DNA of 49,892 nucleotides, taken from assembly GCA_035650735.1 (NCBI GenBank), contig DASRGZ010000186.1, forward strand, positions 1-49,892. The letters run 5' to 3'. This document shows positions 1 to 9,251 of the stretch, in pieces. The notes beneath the pieces were generated by a model, which ran no database searches, was not told where the DNA came from, and was given only the letters and a program-made list of their open reading frames with translations. Origin of the DNA: Chthonomonadaceae bacterium (lineage in GTDB: Bacteria; Armatimonadota; Chthonomonadetes; Chthonomonadales; Chthonomonadaceae). Position numbers and translations under genes: made by a program. Position 1 is the stretch's first letter, and the number at the start of each line of letters is the position of its first letter.

Positions 1-47
1 TTTAAGGCATCTCTTATGGCACAATAACGGGTGAGGTTGTCGCTCAT
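1..47 (-). CDS. 5' fragment of a probable IS4-like transposase (runs off the window start)
   Basis: The minus strand reads ATG-MSDNLTRYCAIRDALK with GGAG about 8 nt upstream. From memory this resembles the N-terminus of IS4-type transposases (MSDNLRRYRAIRDAL). Only 15 codons are visible. Confidence 0.5.
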   Translation of the reverse strand, partial: MSDNLTRYCAIRDAL

Positions 48-131
48 TTTAGGTTCTCCAGTGTCTGTGGTAAGCACTAGAGTACCCAATGCGGCAACCT
101 CTACGCCCTCCTTCCAAAAAGTGTACGGCAG
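1..131 (-). mobile_element. Probable left end of an IS4-like insertion sequence
   Basis: AAAAAGTGTACGGCAG at 116-131 (minus strand CTGCCGTACACTTTTT) resembles the terminal inverted repeat of these elements and lies just upstream of the putative transposase start. The partner end is outside the window. Confidence 0.4.
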
Positions 132-378
132 TGAAGCGGTCAATAGTGGTTCCAGGATTTCAGACACGGATGCTTACAAAATCGGATGTAGGAGGTTGAA
201 AGTCCACCCACTTTCGCGATGGGGATACGTGCCCCCTGCCCGTCGGGTATACTGAGAGTACAACGTCTCCGCGAGGGCATCGCGGTCCCGTGAAGCAGGC
301 CGGAAGGAAATTTTGCCGGGCCGCATCGCTCGAATACTCCCAACACGCATAGCGTGGCACAGAAAGAGAGGCGCAAGG

Positions 379-1119
379 ATGCGAGGTAGCATTTGGCAGC
401 GTTACTTGGTCCTAGCAGCGCTCTGTGGCGTGGCAGCCGGACTGATTGTTCTCCGTATCCAGGCCGTTCCGGGCGAGGGAAGGCACCAACCGGCCCCTGC
501 CGCCGCTGCGGTGGCCTTTGCGCTTCCCACCCAGCCGCCCAACGGAGCGATTTTGCTCTTTACAGGCCAGGCCGACCAGATGCACGCCAACTGGTATCAG
601 CGCTATACCACCCATCCTGCCGACTGGACGGTGGATCAGGAGGGCGTGGCGACCCCGAAGAGGGACGACATCACCAGCAAGCAGGAGTTTGGGGATTGCT
701 TCGTCCACGTAGAGTTCCGTACCCCGCAGGAGGGCGGCGGCAACAGCGGAGTGGGGCTGCAAGGGCGCTACGAGATACAAATTTTCAACTCGTATGGCCG
801 GGAGCCGGGAACGCATGGCTGCGGCGCGCTCTACAGCCAGAAGCCCCCACGGGTCAATGCCTCCAAGCCGCCGGGCCAGTGGCAGAGCTTCGACATCCTT
901 TTCCGTGCGCCCCGCTTCAACGACAACGGGCAGCTAACGGAGAAGCCCCGCGCCACCGTCTTCCAGAATGGCGTCCTCATTCAAAACAATGAGGAGTTCA
1001 CGGGCATGACCGGCATCCAGTATGGCGAGTATAAGGAGATGGCCAAAACAGGCCCGCTCGTGCTGCAAGGGGACCATGACCGGGTACAGTTCCGCAATGT
1101 CTGGATCGTGCCGCTTTAA
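379..1119 (+). CDS. DUF1080 family (3-keto-disaccharide hydrolase-like) exported protein
   Basis: N-terminal hydrophobic segment; motifs FGDCFVHVEF, GNSGV, YEIQI, WQSFDI, LQGDH..VQFRNVWI typical of DUF1080. ATG at 379. Confidence 0.85.
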   Translation: MRGSIWQRYLVLAALCGVAAGLIVLRIQAVPGEGRHQPAPAAAAVAFALPTQPPNGAILLFTGQADQMHANWYQRYTTHPADWTVDQEGVATPKRDDITSKQEFGDCFVHVEFRTPQEGGGNSGVGLQGRYEIQIFNSYGREPGTHGCGALYSQKPPRVNASKPPGQWQSFDILFRAPRFNDNGQLTEKPRATVFQNGVLIQNNEEFTGMTGIQYGEYKEMAKTGPLVLQGDHDRVQFRNVWIVPL

Positions 1120-1158
1120 AAGCGTCTACGGAAACTCGGCTGCGCCCGACCCTATAGG

Positions 1159-1265
1159 AGGGTGCTAGGATGCCAGGGTGCTAAGGGTTCTAAGGGTGCT
1201 AACTACCTCAGAACCTTCAGGCCCCTAGAACCTTAGAACCTTTAGAACCCTTAGAAACTTCAGAA
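1159..1265. repeat. Inverted array of about 9-nt tandem units (AGGGTGCTA... / ...TAGAACCCT)
   Basis: Units agggtgcta/agggttcta at 1159-1201 are followed by complementary units tagaacctt/tagaaccct at 1227-1258. Confidence 0.75.
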
Positions 1266-1302
1266 AAGGCCTTTCAAGAGAGGCACGGGCTTGGGGAAAG
1301 AA

Positions 1303-1848
1303 ATGAGCAACGATACAGCCTTCCGTCCGATTGATCCTGGAGTGACCATCGGGCATGTCCATCTCAAAGTGGCTGACCTGGAGCGCTCGCTTGCCTTCTA
1401 CTGCGGGGTTCTTGGGTTTGAGCTGATGCAGCGGTATGGCACTGACGCGGCCTTTGTCTCCGCCGGGGGCTACCACCACCACATCGGCCTCAACACCTGG
1501 GAAAGTCGGGGCGGTTCGCCACCGCCTCCGGGCACAACGGGGCTCTACCACGTCGCCATTCGTTATCCAACGCGCGCTGCGCTCGCCGACGCCTTGCGCC
1601 GGTTAGCTGCCGCAGGCATACCCCTTGAGGGCGCGAGCGATCACGGCGTCAGCGAGGCCCTGTACCTCAGTGACCCAGACGGCAACGGTATCGAGCTCTA
1701 CTGGGATCGTCCGCAGGAGCAGTGGCCGCGCACCCAGGACGGCCATCTGGCGATGTACTCACACAGGCTCGACCTTGCCGATTTACTGCGCGAGGCGCCA
1801 ACGGAACGGCAGGAGAAACCTGTCCTCGCTTCCAACGAGGCCCCGTAG
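1303..1848 (+). CDS. VOC/glyoxalase family protein (CatE-like)
   Basis: IGHVHLKVADLERSLAFY, GGYHHHIGLNTW, GLYHVAI, DHGVSEALYLSDPDGNGIELYWD. Confidence 0.9.
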   Translation: MSNDTAFRPIDPGVTIGHVHLKVADLERSLAFYCGVLGFELMQRYGTDAAFVSAGGYHHHIGLNTWESRGGSPPPPGTTGLYHVAIRYPTRAALADALRRLAAAGIPLEGASDHGVSEALYLSDPDGNGIELYWDRPQEQWPRTQDGHLAMYSHRLDLADLLREAPTERQEKPVLASNEAP

Positions 1849-3035
1849 TTGCGGCGCAGGGCGATGGCGTTGCGGCGGCATCGGAACCAGGCCCCGCGCG
1901 GCGGTTGTGTATTGATGTACTTGCCGAGGGAATACTCGTAGAGGGTCGTACTGGTCACGCCCAGGCGGGCGCAGTGACGCTCGAAAGCCCGAATCCAGTC
2001 CCAACTGCGGCGATTCTGCGGCTGCGAACCGATGTCGGCCTGGATCATCAAGGGCAGTCTGGGGTTCGCCCGGCGAATCTGGGTGATAAAGGGACGGTAG
2101 CCCTCGACATAGTCCGGCTTCAGATCGGCCCGTATCCAGTCTGGCCAGTGCGTCTGAAAGCAGTGCATATCGGGCCCAACAACACGCGCGATCGCGCCAG
2201 CATCCTCACCATTGTCCTCCCGAATCCGGCGCAGGCCGTCCCGCTCCGTCAGCGCCAGCGTCCAGATACATACCTTCACCCCCGGCGCCTGACTGCGGAT
2301 GCCTCCCGACCCATTGACCAGGTCATTGAGGAAGTCGGTGAGGCTGTCTACCCGGAATGCCAGCCACTTGCGCCACAGGGCCGGGTTGTTGGCGGGAGAG
2401 TACGGGGAATCGGGATGCAGGATATCCGGCAGGTGGCTCTCTTCCGGGAAGCGGCGGCGAAACGCCGCCAGGCAGTGCTTACAGAAACACCCGTAGGCTA
2501 AGCTCGTCACGCCGGGGTACTCCGGCCAGTGCGGCTCGGCGATATCCACGCCCTGGAATAGATGCGCCTTGAGCGTCGCCGCGATCTGGCGCTTCTTCCA
2601 GGCGCGATAGGCCGGGTTGTTCAGGCACAGGTAGGTATAGCTGGCATCCGGGGCCTTCCCCTCCAGGGTCGCCCGGGTCACCATTCTCCATTCCTCCCAG
2701 CCGGAGGGCAGTTCGCGAGTAGAGTAAGTTCCGTTTGCGAACGTGAGGAACCAGACCCCCATGCCTTCCCGATGGAAGGCCCTCAACAGCGCCGAGTTAA
2801 CGCTGCCGCTCTCCGTGACCACATAGCGCACAACGCGGTAACCGTGGGCGCGCAGCTCGGAAGCGATGCTTTCCGGGCTGCGACCCCGGTAGTAGGGCAA
2901 GCCGGGGTCAATCTGGACGCTGCGGCCATAGAGAGGCCACGCGGGCGCTGCGGCAGCGCCCTGCGCGCCGGCCCTCAAGGTGCATATGATCCCAAGCAGG
3001 CAGAAGCAGGCAAGAAGACGATAGAACAACGACAT
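1698..3035 (-). CDS. Secreted putative glycoside-hydrolase-like TIM-barrel protein, C-terminus probably truncated or read-through
   Basis: Signal peptide; YLCLNNPAYRAWK, GVDIAEP, YGCFCKHC..F motifs seen in GHL10/GH42-like barrels. The last about 50 codons overlap the convergent VOC gene. Confidence 0.6.
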   Translation of the reverse strand: MSLFYRLLACFCLLGIICTLRAGAQGAAAAPAWPLYGRSVQIDPGLPYYRGRSPESIASELRAHGYRVVRYVVTESGSVNSALLRAFHREGMGVWFLTFANGTYSTRELPSGWEEWRMVTRATLEGKAPDASYTYLCLNNPAYRAWKKRQIAATLKAHLFQGVDIAEPHWPEYPGVTSLAYGCFCKHCLAAFRRRFPEESHLPDILHPDSPYSPANNPALWRKWLAFRVDSLTDFLNDLVNGSGGIRSQAPGVKVCIWTLALTERDGLRRIREDNGEDAGAIARVVGPDMHCFQTHWPDWIRADLKPDYVEGYRPFITQIRRANPRLPLMIQADIGSQPQNRRSWDWIRAFERHCARLGVTSTTLYEYSLGKYINTQPPRGAWFRCRRNAIALRRNYGASLEARTGFSCRSVGASRSKSARSSLCEYIARWPSWVRGHCSCGRSQ

Positions 3036-3070
3036 GCTACATCCTGTTGCGGTAAGAAAAGCTTAGCCCT

Positions 3071-4537
3071 TTAACAGGCGGGGGCACGATAGAGGCCGAA
3101 AGTTCTGATCTGCGGGCAGGCAAGCGATTGCAGCAGGCGCAGCCGCACCTTGCTTGCCGTTGTCTCCGGGAAGCGATCCAGCTTCTTATGCCCGATGGTC
3201 GTTCCGCGAACGATCTCCTTCCAGGCTCCCTCGGACCAGGCTTCGATGCGATAAGCGGCCACGCGCTGTCCCTGAGCAATGTTTTCCTGGGTGAGCGCGA
3301 GGTTGAGGGCGGTCGGCTGGCCCAGATCGAGTTCCAGAACAGCCTCTATCGCTCCCTCCGCAGGCGACCAGTAGGTATCCGGCCTGCCATCCACCGCGTT
3401 AGAGGCCCGTAGGCCAGCCCCCTGACTGCTGGCCTGCGCCGGTCTGCCGCGCGCCAGGTCGGCGGCAAAGGTCCTGTCCAGGCAGGCGCGAAACGCGCGC
3501 AGACGCTCGACATCCGGCTCGGAAAGCAGTCCCCGGTTGTTGGGCGGAACATTGAGCAGCAGCACGCTGTTGCGACCGACGGATTTGAAGTAAATATCCA
3601 TCAGGTGCTCCAGGGACTTGACCTGGCTATCCTCCTGAGGATGCCAGAACCAGCCCGGACGGATAGAGACATCGCACTCGGCAGGGTACCAGACTGTGCC
3701 CTGTGCCCCTGGATGGTAAACCGGGTTGGGGTCCTGGACGCTCCATTCCGTCTCCCGCGCGTAGCCGTCTTCATTGCCTACCCAGCGGATGTCCGGCCCG
3801 GAGATAGCGATCAGGGCGCGCGGCTGCAAGCGCCGGATCAGCGCGTAATAGCCCTGCCAGTCATACTCCTGCTTCTTGCCGTTGGGGCCCTCGCCGCACG
3901 CGCCGTCGAACCAGACCTCCGCGACTTCCCCGTAGTGGGTCAGCAGCTCGATAAGCTGATTCTTGTAGAAGGCATTGTAGGCGGGCGAGTCGCCGTAGGT
4001 GCGCTCATGCCGATCCCAGGGCGATAGGTAGAGGCCCATCTTCACGCCCGCCGCATGACAGGCGTTGGCAAACTCCCGCACGACATCGCCTTTGCCACCG
4101 CGCCAGGGACTATTCTTCACGGAATGCTCGGTATGTTTGCTCGGCCACAGGCAGAAGCCATCGTGATGCTTGGCCGTCAGTATCAGGTACTTGAAGCCGG
4201 CCTCCCTGGCCACCTGCACCCACTGCCGCGCATCCAACGCTGTGGGATTAAACAGGCCGGGATCTTCCTCGCCGTCGCCCCATTCGCGGTTGGTAAACGT
4301 GTTCATGCCGAAGTGCAGAAAGAGGCTTAGTTCCGCTTCCTGCCAGGCCAGTTGTTGTGGAGTAGGCTTGACCAGCATCCCTCTCATTCCCTGCGGCGAT
4401 CTCTCCTGCGCCCCGTCTGCCGAAGCGCCGTGTTGGGCGTAAGCGGCGAGTATCCAGGCGCAGACGGATCTTCCGGCGGCTGCAAGCAGCTCACGGCGGG
4501 AAGCGCGTACGCCTCCCCACAATCTCTGTTTCTCCAT
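3071..4537 (-). CDS. Alpha-L-fucosidase (GH29) with C-terminal F5/8-type C domain, Tat-like signal
   Basis: FLHFGMNTF, TAKHHDGFCLWPS, YLSPWDRH, EVWFDGA, ECDVSIRPGWFWH, SVGRNSVLLLNVPP; SRRELL in the N-terminus. Confidence 0.93.
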   Translation of the reverse strand: MEKQRLWGGVRASRRELLAAAGRSVCAWILAAYAQHGASADGAQERSPQGMRGMLVKPTPQQLAWQEAELSLFLHFGMNTFTNREWGDGEEDPGLFNPTALDARQWVQVAREAGFKYLILTAKHHDGFCLWPSKHTEHSVKNSPWRGGKGDVVREFANACHAAGVKMGLYLSPWDRHERTYGDSPAYNAFYKNQLIELLTHYGEVAEVWFDGACGEGPNGKKQEYDWQGYYALIRRLQPRALIAISGPDIRWVGNEDGYARETEWSVQDPNPVYHPGAQGTVWYPAECDVSIRPGWFWHPQEDSQVKSLEHLMDIYFKSVGRNSVLLLNVPPNNRGLLSEPDVERLRAFRACLDRTFAADLARGRPAQASSQGAGLRASNAVDGRPDTYWSPAEGAIEAVLELDLGQPTALNLALTQENIAQGQRVAAYRIEAWSEGAWKEIVRGTTIGHKKLDRFPETTASKVRLRLLQSLACPQIRTFGLYRAPAC

Positions 4538-4589
4538 GCTTTCTCCGGTCGTGCCTGATGTAGGAGGATTATACCTGTTCCGCTGCGGC

Positions 4590-5012
4590 TCAGGGATTGG
4601 GCGGCGAGGTGGCAATCAAGACCACCAGGGTTTCCGTTCCCGTGTTTTCGATGCCGTGCTCACACCAGGGCGGCAGGTAGATGAACATGCCCTTCTCCAC
4701 CTGCTCCTGGCGCCCGTTGGCAAACGTCATCACTCCCCGTCCCTCCAGAATGATGTAGGTCTCCTCGGTTTCATGCGATCCGGGCGGATTCTTGGTGTGC
4801 GGAGGCAGGTAGAACAGCACCAATCCCAGGTTTTTGGCTGGCGCCTTCGGGTTGACCGGATGGACCACCCGCACTCCCAGGCCGTGGCAGCCGGGATAGG
4901 CCACCGGTACTCCCTCCTGGACGGTCAGGATCATCGGCTCCACCGGGATTTCCGGCTTTGGGATGACCGGGTTCGGATTGTCATAACCTTTGAATTGAGT
5001 TATCTCCGCCAT
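4590..5012 (-). CDS. Cupin domain protein
   Basis: SHETEETYIILEGRG and G..IYLPPWCEHGIEN cupin motifs. Confidence 0.85.
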   Translation of the reverse strand: MAEITQFKGYDNPNPVIPKPEIPVEPMILTVQEGVPVAYPGCHGLGVRVVHPVNPKAPAKNLGLVLFYLPPHTKNPPGSHETEETYIILEGRGVMTFANGRQEQVEKGMFIYLPPWCEHGIENTGTETLVVLIATSPPNP

Positions 5013-5119
5013 ACTGCCCTCCCATCAGACCTTTGGGCCTCCTTGTTCTGCCGCAAGCCTGGAACCGTCGCACCTCAAACACTCGACCTACTGAATCTAT
5101 TGCTGATCTGGAGCCATGG

Positions 5120-5902
5120 TCAAAACTCGCGCATATAGCCTGCTATCCAGCCTCCATCCACGGTAAGGATGTGGCCGTTAATGTAGCTGCTTTCCGGAGC
5201 CGCTAAAAAGAGAGCCGCATGGGCCACTTCCTCCGGCGTGCCGGGTCTGCCCAGGGGCACATGGGCCAGCAGTGTAGCGGCCCGTTCCCGAAACTTGCCG
5301 TCCTCGCCATAGAAAAGCTGTTTGGTTCCTTCGGTCAGGATGGAACCGGGAGCGATTCCGTTGACCAACACTCCCTGGGGACCGAACTCCAAAGCCATCG
5401 CCCGCGTGAGATTGACGACCCCGGCTTTGGCGGCCACAAAGGCGCTTTGCAGGCGCAAGGGGACCAGGCCCGCCACGGAAGCGATATTGATGATGCGTCC
5501 CGCCCCCTGTTGTAGCATAGGAGCTACGGCGGCCTTGCTGACCAGGAACAGCCCGGTCAGGTCCACCGCTAAGATGCGTTCCCATTCCTCCTGGGGAAAC
5601 TGATCGAGGTTGACTCGGTGCTGGAGCGTGTTGATGCCTGCGTTATTGACCAGGAGGTCCAGGCGGCCCATCTCCCGAAGCGCCTGCGCGATCCCTTGCT
5701 GCACCTGATTCGGATCCGAAACATCCAGGCGCAAGGCCAGGCTATCCGCTACCTGAGAGGCAGCGCTTTGGGCCGCGTCGAAATCAATATCGGAGTAGAC
5801 GACGCGGGCCTGGTTAGCGGCGAAGAGATCGGCAATCGCTTTGCCAATGCCGCGTCCGGCTCCGGTCACCAGGGCCACTTTGGCGTTGAGGTTTACCTGC
5901 AT
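5120..5902 (-). CDS. SDR family oxidoreductase
   Basis: TGAGRGIG, NNAG, IINIAS, VNGIAPG, VDGG; the catalytic YxxxK position reads FVAAK. Confidence 0.93.
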   Translation of the reverse strand: MQVNLNAKVALVTGAGRGIGKAIADLFAANQARVVYSDIDFDAAQSAASQVADSLALRLDVSDPNQVQQGIAQALREMGRLDLLVNNAGINTLQHRVNLDQFPQEEWERILAVDLTGLFLVSKAAVAPMLQQGAGRIINIASVAGLVPLRLQSAFVAAKAGVVNLTRAMALEFGPQGVLVNGIAPGSILTEGTKQLFYGEDGKFRERAATLLAHVPLGRPGTPEEVAHAALFLAAPESSYINGHILTVDGGWIAGYMREF

Positions 5903-6037
5903 CGCTCCTCACACTCCTATCCCCTTGAGCCGCCAAACTTACCAGACGCTCTAAGAGCGATACATCCGAAAAGCCTTTCCGTCAGGATCCCTGGACCGCT
6001 TCCTCTGGAGCGAGCGCGTACTGCACCGCCTGTTCTA

Positions 6038-6597
6038 TGGTCATCGAAAGCCCAGAGTTCGACTGGGGAAGCCGGATGGGTCGCTTCGATCTGGGAGACG
6101 AACGCAGGAAGTGTTTTTTTGAACATCTCTTGCCTCGGCGTCGGCCTTGTGATGGCGGGGACGGGGAACCTGGGGCGTATAATCCAGCAGACGCAGGTAG
6201 TCCCAGCCCCGCTGCGGATGCACCGGTTTGTCCCTTTTCTTTTCGATCCAGGCCGCCACTTTGGGGCCAGTCCACAGCCCCCGTCTTCCGGAGGTTGTTT
6301 TAGGGCTTGGTCGAGTTCGGCTTTCTGCTCTTCGGAGAGGAGCCACTGGCCGCCCGGATTATGCTGGCGTTGGTCGCCCAGGGCGTCGGGGCCGCCGTCG
6401 TTGTAACGACGCGCGCTCTGTCCGATCCAATAGGGGCAGTAGCCCGTTACCTCGGCGACGGCTTGAGCGGTTTTGCCCTGAGCGAGCAGCCAGAGGATGT
6501 GGAAATGGCTGCGGGTGACCGGGGCTTCTGCCTGCCGATAGCGTTGCTCCCACTGGTCAGCGCTCAGATGCTCGTTGAGTTTGATTCGTCGTGGCAT
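6038..6597 (-). pseudogene. IS630-family transposase, frameshifted and truncated
   Basis: HTH region (MPRRIKL...RRYNDGGPDAL) continues in a second frame (LWTGPKVAAWI...PRPRHHKAD), then returns (FKKTL...VELWAFDDHR). It stops at the first DDE aspartate. Confidence 0.85.
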
Positions 6598-6720
6598 ACT
6601 CCAAGTATACCACCGGAGTTGATATAACTGGGCGGCAGGCGGTCTGTTCCAGGCGCAATAAGCTTCCGTTCTCGCCTCCGGGCAGGTGGGAGCGCCATGC
6701 GCCCGCCTGCCCTTCCTCCG

Positions 6721-8706
6721 CTAGGAGCGGGCGTATTTCCAGATTTCGAGCGCGTCGGGCAGACTGGGCGCACAACCTATCTGCCCGGCCTGGCCGCAAA
6801 GTCGGTAGATCGTGCGGGTAGAGTCGAAAGCAGCAGGCATTTCCCGCAGAAACGTCAGTTGGCGCGGCGCAAAGGCGGCAGCCGCTTCGGGAATATCCGT
6901 GACGCGCAGCACGTTGAGCAAGGCAGGTCCCTGCCAGTGCGAAGACGGCGGATCCCTCAAGATCACGTGCCCGATCTGTTCCTCCAGCAGCCCGGCATAG
7001 AGGGCCAGAATCCCCATCTCCCCTTTGCCATAGACGGAGAGGGAAGCCGGAGACAGCTTCGCTTCCCTGTAGGCCCAGCGGACGGCCCGGAGGATGTCCC
7101 ATACCTGCATGGCGGCGATGGTGCGTCCGGTCCAGGAGGCTGTGCGCTCGATGTCGGCATATTCGCGCGGGGGGATCGGATGCTCCGTCAGCCGGGCATA
7201 GAGAACGAGGACGGCATAGCGCCCAAACAGCGGCAGGAGCTCGTCCAGGTCAAGAAAATAGATGCTGTCGCCGGCCCGCTTGGCGTAGAGGAGCAGCGGC
7301 GTTTGCGGTCCGGCCTGGCGGGGCGTATAGAGCTGCGCCCGGAGCGAGACGCCCGCTTCGCTCTGGAACAGGACCTCCCGATACCCGGCATAGCGGGCGG
7401 CCCAGCCGCCGTCATCGCCGGTGTCTCTGGTGGCAAACGGGATCGGCTCTGTGGGAAACCAGCGGAAGACGCGTGCCTTGAGTTCCGCCATCAGCGCTTC
7501 GCGGCGGGCCTGCCACGGTTCCGCCGACGTCCATTGCCCCGGCTGCGCCGTAGGGATGAAGCGGTCATGGATGTGGTAATTGATGGCGTCGGCAGGCAGT
7601 TGGGAAAGGCAGGCCAGGTCTTCCGCTGTCTCCTGTCGCGCCTGTGGGGGTTCGGTTTTGAGCGGGGCCGTATCCTGTCGGAGCCAGCGGTGCATCCACC
7701 GCCGCGCCTCCTGCAAAAAGAGCGGGGCGTCCTCGTGGCCTGCGTCCGCATCTACCTCTCGAATGCGGTCGGCGGCGGCATAGAGGGCGTAGATCGCGCT
7801 GGCCTGGCGGAAGACTTCATGATAGCCGTCGGGCGGGAAATCCCTGTCACGCTGCCCACTGCAAATCAGCAGGGGACGGGGCGCGATGAGGGCCGCCACC
7901 AGAGGAAAGTCGCGCAGGAACGTATTGTGAAAGTAAATACAATCGCACTGGCCAGCGGAGACCCAATGCTGGGCCTGCGAGCCGAAGGTGTAGGTCGAGC
8001 AGACCGGCACGGCAGCCGCGATCCGCGCGTCTATGGCGGCGGTAAACCACGTGGCCGCTCCCCCGCCGGAGATTCCGGTCATGCCGATGCGGCGCCCGTC
8101 CACTTCCGGGCGGGTTTCCAGGTAGTCCAGGGCGCGGACGGCGTTCCATACCTCTACGCCAATGGGAGTGTATCCCAGAGAGAGCCAGTGCCAGAGGTTC
8201 AGGTCGTGGATGCCGTGATGGAGGCCGGGCACTTCGCCGAACTCCAGGGTATCGAGGACAAGACAGACATACCCCTGGGAGGCGAACCAGATAGCCCTGT
8301 CCTGGTAGTGCCATTTTGCGCCCAGCGGATGCGGAGAATGCCCGCAAGCGTAGAGGATGGCCGGCAGCGGCGCGGGCGCGGCGTTCGGAATATAGAGATT
8401 GCCCGTAACGTACAGGTCTGGCATACTCTGGAAAACAAGCTTCTCGATGCGATATTCCGGTCGCTGTAGAGCTCCTGTGATCTGGGCGTGGAGGGGAGTG
8501 CGCTGTGGGAACGTCTCCAGGCCCAGCATAGACAGCAGTTGCTGCCGCAAGCCCGGACGTTTGCGCTCCCAGTCCTCCAGACTCTGAGTACCGGACAGCG
8601 ATTGGGCCGTTAATTCAGCCGCCGTGCGCTTCAGATACGCTAGGACGGCCTCATGTCTTGCCTGAGCCGTTTCTGGGAATTGCCCGGAGTTGGTTATCAA
8701 TGTCAT
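6721..8706 (-). CDS. Alpha/beta hydrolase (acetylxylan-esterase/dienelactone-hydrolase-like, two domains)
   Basis: YVTGNLY, CGH, RIGMTGISGGG nucleophile elbow; a second degenerate hydrolase domain follows. Start MTLITN with GGAGG upstream. Confidence 0.85.
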   Translation of the reverse strand: MTLITNSGQFPETAQARHEAVLAYLKRTAAELTAQSLSGTQSLEDWERKRPGLRQQLLSMLGLETFPQRTPLHAQITGALQRPEYRIEKLVFQSMPDLYVTGNLYIPNAAPAPLPAILYACGHSPHPLGAKWHYQDRAIWFASQGYVCLVLDTLEFGEVPGLHHGIHDLNLWHWLSLGYTPIGVEVWNAVRALDYLETRPEVDGRRIGMTGISGGGAATWFTAAIDARIAAAVPVCSTYTFGSQAQHWVSAGQCDCIYFHNTFLRDFPLVAALIAPRPLLICSGQRDRDFPPDGYHEVFRQASAIYALYAAADRIREVDADAGHEDAPLFLQEARRWMHRWLRQDTAPLKTEPPQARQETAEDLACLSQLPADAINYHIHDRFIPTAQPGQWTSAEPWQARREALMAELKARVFRWFPTEPIPFATRDTGDDGGWAARYAGYREVLFQSEAGVSLRAQLYTPRQAGPQTPLLLYAKRAGDSIYFLDLDELLPLFGRYAVLVLYARLTEHPIPPREYADIERTASWTGRTIAAMQVWDILRAVRWAYREAKLSPASLSVYGKGEMGILALYAGLLEEQIGHVILRDPPSSHWQGPALLNVLRVTDIPEAAAAFAPRQLTFLREMPAAFDSTRTIYRLCGQAGQIGCAPSLPDALEIWKYARS

Positions 8707-8968
8707 GGTTCGGTCTTCGCCTCCTGTACCCGCGCAGGCAGCAGCGGCTCCTTTCGTGGCCCGCGATTCGTGGCTCGTGACCCTCTCCCCGCGCAGGCGA
8801 TAGCGGCAATCAGAAGAGAGATGTGAACTGCGTTCTGCGGCGGGAGTGGCGGTCCCGCCTGGCTTATGTACGCCATGACGCCCTATTCGACGTTGGGCTT
8901 TCTCCTTTCCTCTGCGCTCAGGATTCTTCCAGCGGTCATTCAGTTCTCGGTAGCGGGCGCATGAATTC

Positions 8969-9160
8969 GCAGCAACTAAGGCACAAAGTCGGCCTTCGCC
9001 GACTCTTTTCTCTGCTCTCCCGCAGCGCCGGGGGTCGCAAGGTGTCGCAAGGCGGAGGCAAGGGCCGTAACCTTGCCGACCCTTGCAGTGGGCCGAACCG
9101 TTGAGGCCCGACCCTTGCAGTGGGAAGGGGGTGAGGGCAGAACCCGCGCAGGCGGCAACG
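8969..9160. repeat. Composite REP-like element, copy 1
   Basis: GCAGCAACTAAGGCACAAAGTCGGCCTTCGCCGAC plus the module GCAAGGCGGAGGCAAGGGCCGTAACCTTGCCGACCCTTGCAGTGGGCC, which is shared with 12109-12312, 24861-24982 and 37816-37882. Confidence 0.85.
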
Positions 9161-9191
9161 GCAGGCAGGTGGGAAGTGCGCCCCCGCAGAG

Positions 9192-9228
9192 ACAAAACAA
9201 AAGCCCCCTGCCCGTTGGCAGGAGGCTT
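9192..9228 (-). terminator. Rho-independent terminator of the PEP-CTERM gene
   Basis: Minus strand AAGCCTCCTGCC-AACG-GGCAGGGGGCTT followed by TTGTTTTGT, about 25 nt after the stop codon. Confidence 0.7.
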
Positions 9229-9251
9229 GTCCCAGTGGGGGCTATCTCGGC

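Noticed and set aside
132..310. Possible ncRNA or second IS end upstream of the DUF1080 gene
   Set aside because: No recognisable RNA family and no partner repeat in the window.
6697..8469. 590-aa plus-strand ORF, and similar long antisense ORFs (19471-21723, 28879-30066, 39688-40983, 48506-49432)
   Set aside because: They are shadows of well-supported opposite-strand genes in GC-rich DNA and have no recognisable motifs.
8707..9195. 163-aa N-terminal extension of the alpha/beta hydrolase in the ORF track
   Set aside because: It is read through repeat DNA; a better start with a ribosome-binding site lies at 8706.
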